A stretch of 63,790 bases of DNA, the filler included, from Hyphochytrium catenoides (lineage: Eukaryota > Protista > Hyphochytriomycota): assembly GCA_900088475.1 (NCBI GenBank). It is 5 parts of 5 records of this genome, joined end to end, with 100 filler letters (N's around TTAATTAATTAA, not from the genome) between each part and the next. Parts side by side here need not be neighbours in the genome. Positions count along the whole stretch, not along the records: positions 23,910 to 46,282 come from FLMG01001548.1; 4 more parts are not named here. The stretch is one strand, 5' to 3'. Every line of letters starts with the position of its first letter. Within the stretch, counting starts at the first letter, position 1. The position numbers were made by a program, and so were the translations under genes. This document shows positions 25,754 through 36,823 of this stretch, in pieces. Below the pieces are notes generated by a model, which worked only from the letters and a program-made list of their open reading frames with translations, ran no database searches and was not told the DNA's origin.

Positions 25754-26604
25754 TGTTGCGAGAGTGAGCGTCACGACTATGTAGCAGTGGTAGGTAGGAG
25801 TTGTTCAGCACCTTCTTGCAGCAGCATCTCTTGGGTGTTGAGAACCCTTTTCTTCTGGGGTCTCTATAGCAAGGAATATTCTTCTTCTTGAATCCTTGTC
25901 CTACTTTCTTTCTTATGATTTCTCTAGAAATTTGTTCTTGCTTCCTGGAGAATATTTTTCTCTTTCCGACTTTACTTCTTCCCTTCTTTCAGGCCATCAA
26001 TTTATTGCCGAATCTCTTGTCTGAGACGATGGATCCCTTGGTGACCATTCAATCATTTCCAAATAATCTCTACTCTCTCCCTCTGCTAAGAGCATTCCTC
26101 TCTGCTTTCCCTCTTGCATGTCATTCTCATAAGCTTTGCAAACATAGGCTTTATAGCACTTAGGGATCATTAGTTCATTGAGCTCTGCTCGAGCTCATAA
26201 TCTTCATTAATCTCATTCTGCTATTTGCACCACAACAACGAAGAAGAGCTTCCAACCAACTCTGCCATCTCATCATTGGGCACGTGTGGTTGCAAGCTTG
26301 TGGTGGACACGATAGAGGAACCGGATTTCTGCCTGACCGGGGTGTAACGTGTGATGAGACACGTTCTCTTGAGCACTTTTCTATTTTATCCTCCTGCTCT
26401 CCTCTTGTCTCTCTCTCACTTATGGAAGGACTTCTTAAGGACTCAGAGGAGCTCAGTAATGAGTTAAGATTAGCTTATTAGTGACGGAGAAGATATGATG
26501 GCACTTGTCAGTGAAGCTTCATGGTGTAGCTAGAGCTGTCAGTTAAGAACACTAGCTTATAACTAACCATTCATCAAGTTCCAGAAGAAAAGCACTCCGC
26601 TATA
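25754..26604 (+). repeat. 5' LTR of Copia copy 1 (TG...TA, 851 bp, including ~430 bp absent from copy 2)
   Basis: Starts TGTTGCGAGAGTGAGCGTCACGACTAT and ends CATTCATCAAGTTCCAGAAGAAAAGCACTCCGCTATA. Both ends match 63206-63629. Confidence 0.8.
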
Positions 26605-26625
26605 GGTTATTGCGGCCCACGCTTC
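26605..26625 (+). promoter_or_regulatory. Primer-binding site of Copia copy 1 (tRNA-iMet anticodon-arm type)
   Basis: GGTTATTGCGGCCCACGCTTC immediately follows the LTR and resembles the copia PBS GGTTATGGGCCCAG. Confidence 0.72.
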
Positions 26626-26656
26626 AGTTCTGTTTCTAACGTACACGGCCATCACC

Positions 26657-27688
26657 ATGGATAGCACGAAGCTCACTTTCTCGACCTCTAAGGGCGCCTT
26701 TGCCGTAGCTAAGCTCGGTTTCGACAATTACCGGAATTGGGCAATTGAGACGGAGCATTTTCTCCGGAAGGAGAACTGTTGGAAAGTCTTTCAGCCTGAG
26801 CTGATAGCGCTGGACAAGAAAGAATCGTACTCATACGATCCCAAGACAGAGGAAGCTGCAGAGAGAGCTTATGCCTACATATGCAGCATGGTCAATGAGA
26901 AGGCACGGAGAGTGTACGTGAAAGGGGCGAGCACCCCTGGAAAAGCATGGCAGGCCTTACAAAAATTCTTAAAAAAAAAAGGGAATGACGACCCAGAAGT
27001 CTTGAAGATGAGATCCCTGAATCTCCAGTTAGCAGAAGGAGGCTCTGTCAAGAGACATTTGGGAGACTTGATGGATCTAAGGAACAACCTGGCTGGGACA
27101 TTCTATGCGGTGGGAGACGGTGACTTTGTCTTGAGACTCTTCAACAGCTTGCCGAAGAGCTATGACAGCTTTATCCGGGCGATGAAGTGCATTCCTGATA
27201 GAACTGTTCTAACTCCAGAGTTCGTCATGTCCACGCTGGTGGACGAGGCTGATAGGAGAGAGCGGAGAGATAGGATTCAGGCTGGTCTTGCAACCTCGAC
27301 TTGTGGTGGGCAAGGCATCAGACAGCCTCGACCTCCCGTAGCTTTCCAGACCATTGCAAGCTCTGAAGAAGACCATCTACTACAAGAAGAAGACCGCGGA
27401 GGAGCGCCTCCGACCGGCAAGACCCACCAACCAGCAAGAAAGAAGTGGGAGTTCAAGGGACGCTGCTTCGACTGTAAGCAGATAGGCCATAGAGCCAAGG
27501 ACTGCGCAGCCCCCCCAAAGAACGCAAATGCGGATGTGATCATGGACAGTGAGGAGTTGGCATTCACTGCCCAAATCATCTCAGTAAGTCAAAGAAGCTC
27601 AAGACGCAGCAGCCTGGATAGTGGACAGTGGGGCCTCAAGGCACATGCAGCGTTTATACAGAGAGTCGAGTTCTCAGAGTATATGTAA
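26657..27688 (+). CDS. gag: Copia Gag polyprotein
   Basis: N-terminal KLGFDNYRNWA, UBN2-like LFNSLPKSYDSFI and zinc knuckle CFDCKQIGHRAKDC in a 343-aa intronless ORF. Confidence 0.88.
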   Translation: MDSTKLTFSTSKGAFAVAKLGFDNYRNWAIETEHFLRKENCWKVFQPELIALDKKESYSYDPKTEEAAERAYAYICSMVNEKARRVYVKGASTPGKAWQALQKFLKKKGNDDPEVLKMRSLNLQLAEGGSVKRHLGDLMDLRNNLAGTFYAVGDGDFVLRLFNSLPKSYDSFIRAMKCIPDRTVLTPEFVMSTLVDEADRRERRDRIQAGLATSTCGGQGIRQPRPPVAFQTIASSEEDHLLQEEDRGGAPPTGKTHQPARKKWEFKGRCFDCKQIGHRAKDCAAPPKNANADVIMDSEELAFTAQIISVSQRSSRRSSLDSGQWGLKAHAAFIQRVEFSEYM

Positions 27689-29513
27689 AGCTAGACGAAT
27701 AGCCCAAACCAGCAGCACAAAGGCTATCATCCTTATACGTACATGCATTATCGTTTTCTGTAACGGGACACCTGAGCTGCGTAAGCAGCTCCGGGACCTT
27801 GGAAGCTCCTATGTCAACAATTTTGAATAAGGAGGACGAAAAGGCAAGGACGGTCTGGGATTTGCTCATGCTATTCGGAGATGATTGGAGTCTCACAGAG
27901 CGTCACCGGGAGCGCAGAAGAACAGCCAGGGACTGGGAGGAGCTGGCAGAAGAAGATAAGGAAGGAGAAAGAGAGGTTAGTGAGAGAGCCAAAGAAAGAG
28001 TTTTGGCCAGAAGAGGGAGGGGCGACCTATCTTCGGGGGTGAACAGCAGCAGAAAAGAAGGGATATTGTGTACGTGCGTGAAGATGTAGGGATATAATAG
28101 GAGGCAAGCACTGGAAGAGACGAGGAGAAGAGAGACAGGGAGAGAGAGAGAGATAAGCTCTGCGGCAGACGTGTAGGAGGAGCAGAAGGATATTAGGGAT
28201 AACAAGCAGACAGTGGCAGTCAGTCAGGATTTAGCACTATCTTGGTAACGCTAATGACACTCTCCTTTTTGCTACTAGAAGACCGCTCGCAAGACTTACT
28301 GCACCACCTCAAACTGCAAAAGATGCCCTTCTGACTGGCACGCTGCTGGCTCAAAAGTTCTCTTAGCAGATTCGTTATCACCATCTGTCGGCAGATATCT
28401 GGATTTTCAGTGGCGGCTTCTTCAACAAAAAAAAAAATCTGCTGGAGATTTGATTCGTGGGCATAGACCCGGGTGATCTTGAGACCGTCTTCATCCTCCG
28501 TCAAACCTTTGCTACTTCATTGGATGCACCTAAGCCTACGGACGGCGCTTTCTCCGCTGAGTAATGGCCAGAACAATCAGCGGAGCACTCCTCCGTCACT
28601 TACTGCATGAGGTAAGTGCCAACTAGTCGTTATATGTAGTATGAGGAAAGTCGTGGAGAAGACTGGAAGGAGCCGAAAGAAGGTTCGTTGAAGGTACATT
28701 TTATCTTTCCTTTCTTTCTCCTAACACTGTCTCGGAAGAGGAAGCAGCAAACAGCAGCGCCCCGCCAAAGGCCGAACAATGGTGGACGGCGGTATGCGGC
28801 CAGCATCCTGATGATGAGTGCCAGCTTGGTTGGAAGCAAAGGTCTTACTTAATGGAGTTCATGCCTTTATAGAAGAACGATAATCCCTAGTAGTAATAGA
28901 GATTATGAACGCGAAGTGAGCCCGATGAGTTCGCTCTTTTTGACTCAACTAAAGCCAACTGCATAATCTACGATGGTGGTAAGAGAGACTGCACAGAGAC
29001 ACATTCACGAGGCAAGCGAGCGAAAGGAGAGTGAAATGAAGAAAAAGGGACTGGCTCAAAAGCTTGTCTTTGAAGGACGAAAGCATGGTCAAAAAATGGA
29101 CGGCGGGCAGTTCGCAGGCGAACAAAAGAAACGAAGCCCGTTGGCCCAAAGTTCCTTGGTATTTCTATAGAAAGAATCTGAGGAAGGTACTGCTAGGCAA
29201 ATAGCTGCTTCCGTAGAGAAGGATTCAGCAGCACAGCAGGAGGACTTCAGTCGAAGAAGCTACGAGAAGAAGACAATCAACAATGATACTTTGACCAGGA
29301 CATCGAAGAGTAAGGGTTTATATTAGATATTATACATTCATGGCCGAGTAAGCAAAAACGGCTGGTAAATTAAGCACATGCTCCTCCGTACAATCGTACA
29401 AGCTGACTTCCTGGGTTCTTTAGTTCACAGCCATCCTCCTCATCTCTTACTGCCGATTAACCACCAGGCGATGCGTTTCTTCTTGTCTTCCTCACCTGCT
29501 GGCTGCTGTTCTA

Positions 29514-30482
29514 CTACACGTTTGGTCTATTGTCTGGGCAACCAATCCTAGGGTCATAATACCGCATTGAAGAGACACTGGAAAAGTATGAATTTTCCAG
29601 GTTTGGTCCATCGACTAATGCGTATGGACATATTGTTGGGAAGACAATAAGCTTCAGTTTCTCATCAAGGATTGCAGCGTATCCCCGGCTACCGATGAGT
29701 TTGGCGAAGAAATTGGACTTCCCGTAATGTTCCTCACCGAGTTTGGTAAGAATACGGCTAATTGCGTCGATCCCAGAAGTGGAGGGACGTCCGTAAAGCA
29801 ATCGAATATCGGTCAATGATTCCCAATGAGGAAGTTCCTCCCGGGTGCAACTCCAGATCTTGCTTTGCACGCACACCATTTCGTTGGTAACAAATTGGCT
29901 GTAACCCTCCTTGGCTGGAGCGGTCTGAGGATTTTTTCTTGAGCGGAGATTAGCTCTCAATTGTTCGATTTGTTGTCCTTTGTCGTTGGACATGATCTCA
30001 ATCCGGCCAGAGAAGAATCTCGTAGATCGATCAGGATCAAATTTGGTATACACGCACGAAGGGATACCTACTTGCATCTTCAGTGTACTGTCGTCTGTCA
30101 TACTCAGATCGCTACTCCTACATGCCCCCAAAGTCACGCGCCAGCTGCTTCCCTTAAGGAGGCTCCACTGTCCCCGGTAAGGGAGTAGTTCCCCGTGTCG
30201 CCTTGCTTCCCAACATATATGTTTCCAAGAGTGCTGCTGCTTGGTAGTAGAAGCAGAAGCAGAAGAGAGTCCACGGAGACCTGGGGTAGGAGTGCTGAAG
30301 GATGATGAGTTTAGGCGGACTTCGTAGGGCTCGGCTGTCGTCGAAGGGATGTGAACAATGTTGTTGTCTGCCTGCTGTTTTGGTGACGAGTCTGCCATGA
30401 TGGTACTAACTATGGGTAGTAGGAGGAACAGCGACGCAGCAAAAACTGCGAAAGTTTGTCCGTTGACCGGTATTATCTTCAT
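29514..30482 (-). CDS. Intronless hypothetical protein (322 aa) with a predicted signal peptide
   Basis: Long non-repetitive ORF. The first ATG (30482) gives MKIIPVNGQTFAVFAASLFLLLPIVSTIMA, followed by an S/T-rich linker and a Cys/Trp-containing region. No family recognised. Confidence 0.62.
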   Translation of the reverse strand: MKIIPVNGQTFAVFAASLFLLLPIVSTIMADSSPKQQADNNIVHIPSTTAEPYEVRLNSSSFSTPTPGLRGLSSASASTTKQQHSWKHICWEARRHGELLPYRGQWSLLKGSSWRVTLGACRSSDLSMTDDSTLKMQVGIPSCVYTKFDPDRSTRFFSGRIEIMSNDKGQQIEQLRANLRSRKNPQTAPAKEGYSQFVTNEMVCVQSKIWSCTREELPHWESLTDIRLLYGRPSTSGIDAISRILTKLGEEHYGKSNFFAKLIGSRGYAAILDEKLKLIVFPTICPYALVDGPNLENSYFSSVSSMRYYDPRIGCPDNRPNV

Positions 30483-31902
30483 CGTGGTGCCGCCTTCTGT
30501 CACGTATCCGTTTGTCTGAGAGCCTCCCGAGAGAAGTTGAAGATTACTTGGGTTGTTGGTGGTGGTTTGAGCCCTATCTTGGAAATTGATATTTGACGAT
30601 GATGGGGAAGTCAATGTTTGGACGGCTGGCGGTGGGTGCTCCTGCTTCCATAAAACACCCAGCAAAAGTGCTACTGCTAACCTCCCGTACGATCTCAGGT
30701 TGAGTCGCCCTAATTAACCTAACCGCGTTGCGAAGAAAGAAATCGTGATAGGGCGAAGGAGTTCATAATAGTTGTTACCTTCACCTTCCACGGAGGCGTT
30801 GCCAGACAAAGCCGGTGCGCACTAAAGGCCGCCATCTCCCAGCCCTTAAGCTGCAGCTTCTTTTCCTTTTCCTCTGCTGCATAGCTTGAGGAATGAGAGG
30901 AAGGACGAGCTCAAGCATGAGACTCGAGACAGAGCGAGAGAAGCCGCTTCCTTCCAGTGCAGAGTCGTTCGCCGGTGACCAGTTCTACGAGTAGTCGTCA
31001 AACCGCAATAAAGATGACAACAAAGTCATCATAAGAAGACGAAGACTGTACTACTACTGTACCAAACACCACAACGAGAGTCGTGGAGAAAACGGAGGAA
31101 ACCATAGATGAGAGAGAGAAGATGAGGCACATTAGAAACAGACATCCTTCTTCCTCGCTGTAGAGTATCCTAAAGTCTTTAGAACCTCGAGAGACTCTGG
31201 GACTCTGGGTACTCATCATAGTATGACCTATTCCGTAGTATGCTTTTCTTATTCCAGCAACAATATTCAGCGCGCTATTACTCAGTGATGAACTGACTCG
31301 ATGGAAACTCTCTACATTTCTCCTTCAGTACTTCTATCACTTTGACGAGACCAAACCTCAATGTTTAGCGCAAAGCCAATACTACTAATAATTTTCAATG
31401 CCAAGGGCCCACAGGTACTTTTCGAAGTATCATCAGCTTATCAAGAGCGCGGCACGGTTGCCAGTCAAGAAGCGTTGGGTGCTAGTGGTCGTTCTAGGAG
31501 GTCGACATGTAGTGAGAAGAAGTCTGATGTACCTTATGTACCTTTCACCTCTAATATAAGAAGCGAATCTTCGGTCCTTCTCCTGTACGGGCTATCCCCA
31601 TACAATAAGCCTACAGTAGTACTACGGAGGGGGTATGTCTTCATCCTCTCTCTTCAGTACCATCTACGAGAGGATATCTACCCATATCCAGCGATGCAAC
31701 GCCCAGATGGTACGCAGTCGCCTTCCCTTGCCACGGGCAATCCGTGAGGATCATCTACAGCAGCACCAATAGCAGCAGCGGAGGGTGCGGCGAAGAAGGA
31801 GAGGAGGAGGAGCAGCAGACGGAGGAGACTTAGTATAGTAGTAATCGGCCTCAAGAAAGCGTAAGTAATAACTGTAGTACTACTTCTTAGTAGCGTTACT
31901 TA

Positions 31903-31930
31903 TTAGGGTTAGGGTTAGGGCAAGGTTAGG
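31903..31930 (+). repeat. Interstitial telomere-like repeat, (TTAGGG)3 plus a degenerate copy
   Basis: TTAGGGTTAGGGTTAGGGCAAGGTTAGG. Confidence 0.65.
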
Positions 31931-33567
31931 TCTTGTCTGATGACTCTGCCTACGATACGAGGCTGAGACATTGCAACAACAGGAAAGGGTCTAATAATAT
32001 AAAATATTATAAAGTCTTGGTCTCTTTAGCTCTCTCCGCATCACGATCATTTTTATCAGAGAAGAAAGAAACACACAGAGGAGTTGATCTCCTCAGTAAT
32101 AATTGCCTGGTCGAGTGTGATGAGAGATAGAGCTGAGAGAGAAAAAGGTGAGTGGGGTAGGCTAGAGAGGGAGCAAAGGGGTAAAAGGAGTCGGGAAAGG
32201 GAAAGAGGAAGGAAAGCAAGAGCAACAGAGAGAGAAGAGAAATGTGCGAGGCAGCCCCTACCTGTTCCTCAAAACTGTCCAGGGATGGAGAGAGAGAATG
32301 GAATGTCTGTTAGAAACAACATAATAAGGTGCTCTTTTGAAAACCTTGCCTTTTACAATAATGATAGACATTTTTTTTACTGCTGATGTTCGTTGGGAGG
32401 AGGAGCTCTGGCAAACAAATGCTGGGCCGATGCGGGAAAAGTGGGATGATGAAAGTAAGGCGAGGACGATGATATGGCTGCCATGGTTTCAGTTGTTTGC
32501 AGCAAGCTGCTGGGTGGGAAGAGAGAGGAGGCCTGATGTAACAGAAGATGTAACACGCCGTTAGCTAATAAGCGTGTTAAAGAGGGAAGATGAGCAGCAG
32601 GAAGAACAGGCTTTGGTAATAATGGCAAACCTGTTGGGAGGAAGCGTATAATTTACACTGCATGGAAGACAATAGCGAAGAAGCTATGACCTTTATCTTT
32701 ATAATGTCTCTCATGAGGAGACGAGGAAGAGAAGCCATGGTCAAGTAAGGGAAGTCGCGATTAGGGTTGAGCGTGTCCTGCGGATATGGGAACTAGCGGG
32801 CCTACTATAAGGAGATCTGCGCAAGCTCAGAGAAGCTCCAGTTCAAGCACTGTGAACGGTTATTGCCGTTTATTGAGGTCTACCATGGTGTCATGCCTGC
32901 TGGCCGAGAGGGCTTATGGCAGTTCTTTTCCTTTTGTCCTGCACGGCCCCTAGTAGCTAGCACTGCTATCCTTTGATGTCCAAGAAAACCACGTTTCTCC
33001 CATCAAAAGTAAAGTATCTCGCGTCTCTTTAATAAGGCACATGGTGAGGCCTTGCCTCTGTGACAAGCTCCACTCTGTTCTCTTTCTTCTTGTTGATAAA
33101 GAGAAGGCGTTCAAATTGTGGTATGCTAGAGAAAGTAGAAGGCAAGCGTGCATAATACACAGTTGATAGCCAACGATGGAGGTCGTAGTCCTCACTATCT
33201 GCCTACGTCTTTCATACCGAGAATTTTATTCCTTGCGTTAAAGAGAAAAAAGGACTATGAGAATATTTGTCTTCAAGGGCCACGGGTATGTATACTACTC
33301 AGTCGCACGATGAGGAGATGACCGCAATCACTGATAACTTCAGTCCCTAGAAGGGGAACGATCCTTGCGATCATCTGGAGAAGGAGATGCCGACCTTTCG
33401 CGAGGCCTATCCTCCACATTCTTCTCTGGAGATCTGATACCAAAGATAGAGGGAATACTTTAGTTGAAGAACGAACGCTTTACACCAAGAGATAGGGATA
33501 AACCCGCACATCAAAGACAAATAAACAAACAAATGTCTACACAGGGATGAACGTCAATGCAATCCAC

Positions 33568-35005
33568 TTACCGTGATGGCGACCTTTCACCAGAGCGCTC
33601 ACGTGGAGATCTGTCTCCTGGAGACCCACGATCTCTTGGGGAGCGGTCGTCTGGGGAGCGATCCCTCGGAGAGCGCGAGCGGCGGGGAGAGCGGTCACGA
33701 GGGGAACGATCACGGGGAGAGCGGTCACGAGGAGAACGATCCCTAGGAGAGCGGGAGCGGCGCTTCTCTCGCGATCTGTCACGATTGCGATCGCGTGATC
33801 TGGATCGGCGACGATCCCTACGCGTTACGTCAAGAGACAGCGACAAAGGAGAGTCAACTATTTGGGCACACAGAAAGTGAATGTGACAAAGTGAAAAACT
33901 CTTACCTGTCTCTCCCTCTTCGTGGTGAACGAGAACGCCTGCAAGCGGAGAAAGGAGCTTAGAGAACGGTTTTGAGCACCATTCACCTCGAGGAACTGAA
34001 AAGCGAAAGTGCAAGCAATTTCCAGCACAGAGTAGATATTTTGAGGCTGTCCGGCCGATGACAGGTCTTCGCAATCTTTCATCTTCGCACACGCAGTGGA
34101 TTCTGTCCCACTCAGCACTTGAGCCCTCTTCACTAACAACTTCAGGTCTTGCCCCTTCTGTCTTCACGCTTCAATATCTTGCTCTCTCCATGCCCTTGTC
34201 TCCTATTAGCTTGTCCTCTAGACTTGTGACTTCGTTTACTTCGACTTATATCGACACTTCTTCTTCGCTGGATCTCTTGTCCCAATGTCCCTCTCTCGTC
34301 GTGAATCTTCAAGGTTTTTGACATGATGTCTTCATTGCCTGACGCCAAGATTATCTCTTCTTTCCCTTGGAAGATATGCTTCTAACCCTCGTTTCTTCTA
34401 AGCAGCAGCTACAAGTTGTAACCCCAACCAAGGTAGTGGCGTGTCTCTACCAAGCAAGTAGCCATTGTAACAAGGAAGGAACAGCCAAGGGTCAAGAGGA
34501 GGCCACAAAGCGACGTGATCCAGGAGGCAACAGCTATCTTTGCTTTGGAATGGCAGAAGGGTAGAATCTAGAAAGTAATGGCACATACCGCTCCCTCCTG
34601 CGCATCTCATCAGCGGTTTTTCTCTTCTCTTGCGCAAAGATTACGCTAATTGGACGACCATCAATCATCCTCTGATCCAGCTCCTCGATCGCGTCCTCTG
34701 CATCTCTGGGGTCCAGAAATTCTACAAAGGCAAATCCACGAGGCTCCCTGGCAAACTCGAGGTCAGAACATCCCCTATACACGTCTGACGTGCTGGCCTA
34801 TTCCTTACCCGGTATAGTAGTCGCGAGGGATGTAGATATCTCTAACCTTGCCAACTCTTTCAAACTCATGGCGCAAGTCATCAGGCCTGTTAATGTGAGA
34901 TGGTCATAAGGGTACCGCAACATTCTGGAAAGGCTCAACTGAGACATACCGAATCCTGCGGCTTAGGTTTCTAACGAGAATAGAGACTCCGCTTCTGCGA
35001 CTCAT
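33568..35005 (-). CDS. SR splicing factor, SC35-like (SCL / SRSF10-12 type), RRM plus RS domain (exons 35005-34950, 34886-34809, 34747-34589, 33817-33568)
   Basis: MSRRSGVSILVRNLSRRIR|PDDLRHEFERVGKVRDIYIPRDYYTG|EPRGFAFVEFLDPRDAEDA...AQEKRKTADEMRRRER|DRRRSRSR followed by (RDRSP)n. Splice sites are canonical and in phase. Confidence 0.92.
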
Positions 35006-35779
35006 CTTGGCTCACAGTCTTCAACTGAGCCGCTTTCTTGACACAGGTAGCACACTTATCCCGTCAACCGCAAACAACTCTTCTCTCTATTCGAAGCTTT
35101 AGTCTCCCAAATAGAAGCTGCGCGAGTGCCGCCAAGAAGAAAAACAGAGTTCCATTTCCGGATTTTTTCAATGTCCCACAGAGATTTCTGTGGCTTTCCG
35201 CGGCACAGGGCGGGGAAGGGCGAGGATTCCACGGCGGACGGTCAACGTGGGTTTGGCACTAGTATGTGTGTTTGACTCAGAAATGCTACTGTGTAGCGAG
35301 CTTGGGTTTTCTCTTGACCTGAGTTTGAACGGCAAGATTGGCCCCTTCCTTCTCCCGCCTTCTGCTTGCAGGTGATTATCAGTTAATGTATATTTTGATG
35401 ATCTGTAGTGCTAGTAACTAATCAGTGATTCTCCTCGATAGCGGGCTTTTTGATATTTGCCGATCTTTCGATCTTTGGCCGTTTTTTGGTTGTTGAAGCT
35501 TGAAGTTCTTGAACCGGCAGCATCGCAAGAGAGAAGAGGACGCCGTGACCGTGGCGTGCGTGCCTCCCTGGCCCTTGTTCCACGTCCTTGTTTGCCAGCT
35601 GCTCATGGCTGGCGCCTGCGTCATCAAGCCATCTCTCTCTGTCTGCACTGTGTCTGCGTGTCCGTCTCTCCCTTTTCAAGGTTTAATAAGGGGCCAGCTG
35701 GTCTAAGTACGGTCAGGGTTGTAAGGCTGCTTGCTGGGCCGACGAGTTGGCTTGTCCAGTCAGTTTACGAGTCTCAAAG

Positions 35780-36780
35780 ATGAGCGCAAGGCGATCCTTA
35801 GTACTCTTGACTCAAAGGTTGTACCGCCAGGGATCAGCCAGAGTGTGCAGAGAGCGCGCTAGCCAATCTATTACTTTCTTCAGTCAACTGCGAAGCGCCT
35901 CATCCACCAGAGCACTTTATCCGCGAACCAGTGCCCGATCATCAGAAGAGAGGTTCGCCCTTTCGCTGGCTTCACTTCTTTCGCTTGGGATCTTGGGTCT
36001 GCATATGGCGGAAGAAGCAGGAATGGCTGAAGCTGCTCCCAGCAGCGCCTCGTCGGGTCTAAGTGAGGCTGCGGTGGCGGCAGAGGCGAAGTACAATGAC
36101 AGCAGCCTTAGCAAGGAGGATGTGCTCAACTTTATCAATGCCTCCTCAGCGGGTACTCTTTATAATGCCAAGCAATGATACGTTGCAGGACCCTGGCCCG
36201 GCTAATTTACGGCTTGTAGGCGCTCCTGACGACATCGAGCTCAAGTGGCGCCACGCTCGCGCTCTGTACGATATCGCCCAGCAGACAGGAGTCTCTCAAG
36301 ATGTAAAGAAGCAAAAGACGTATGAAGCCTATGAAGTCATCAAGGAAGCGATAGCAGCCCAGCCGGAGCACTTTGCAGTGCAGAAATGGTTGGCTATCCA
36401 TCTCTGTCATGCTACCATCTCAGCCTAACGTCTTTTACGCTTCTCTCTGCTTGCACATCCCTTACCATAGGTACGGCATTATCTTGTCAGAGATTGGCTC
36501 GTTCGAAGGCACCAAAGCTTCAATTGCCAATGCTTACGTGATCCGTGACGCCTTCACAAAGGCCACCGAGCTGAACCCGAAAGATGCTACCAGTCGGCAC
36601 TTACTTGGCCTCTGTAAGTTCGTCTAACCTTCCATGGCAGATTGGCTCTTCCATCCTTTTCTTATCGAGGCTGCACGGTTCCTTCCTCGCCCGTTGTACG
36701 AAGCAGTACACTCTCTCTCTTTCTTTTTCTTCTCCCTCTCTCTCTTTTGCTCTCTCTCCCCTCTCCCCCACCTCTCTCTT

Positions 36781-36823
<43 letters not shown>

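Larger units (their letters stand above)
25754..27830 (+). mobile_element. Ty1/Copia LTR retrotransposon, copy 1: 5' LTR, PBS, gag and protease remnant. Pol is largely missing, no 3' LTR is seen, and the right end is approximate.
   Basis: LTR, PBS and gag start are homologous to 63206-63790. Gag has a CCHC knuckle and is followed by the Copia protease motif WIVDSGASRHM. Confidence 0.88.

Noticed and set aside
28220-29310. Short ORFs between the Copia remnant and the orphan gene
   Set aside because: Fragmentary with no motifs; possibly TE debris but unassignable.
30260-30330. Possible RxLR effector motif in the orphan secreted protein
   Set aside because: The sequence is PGLRGL, with no RxLR and no dEER.
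33557-33880. Antisense RS-rich ORF and 15-bp periodic repeats
   Set aside because: Mirror of the (RDRSP)n coding repeat of the SR gene. There are no spacers, so it is not CRISPR-like.
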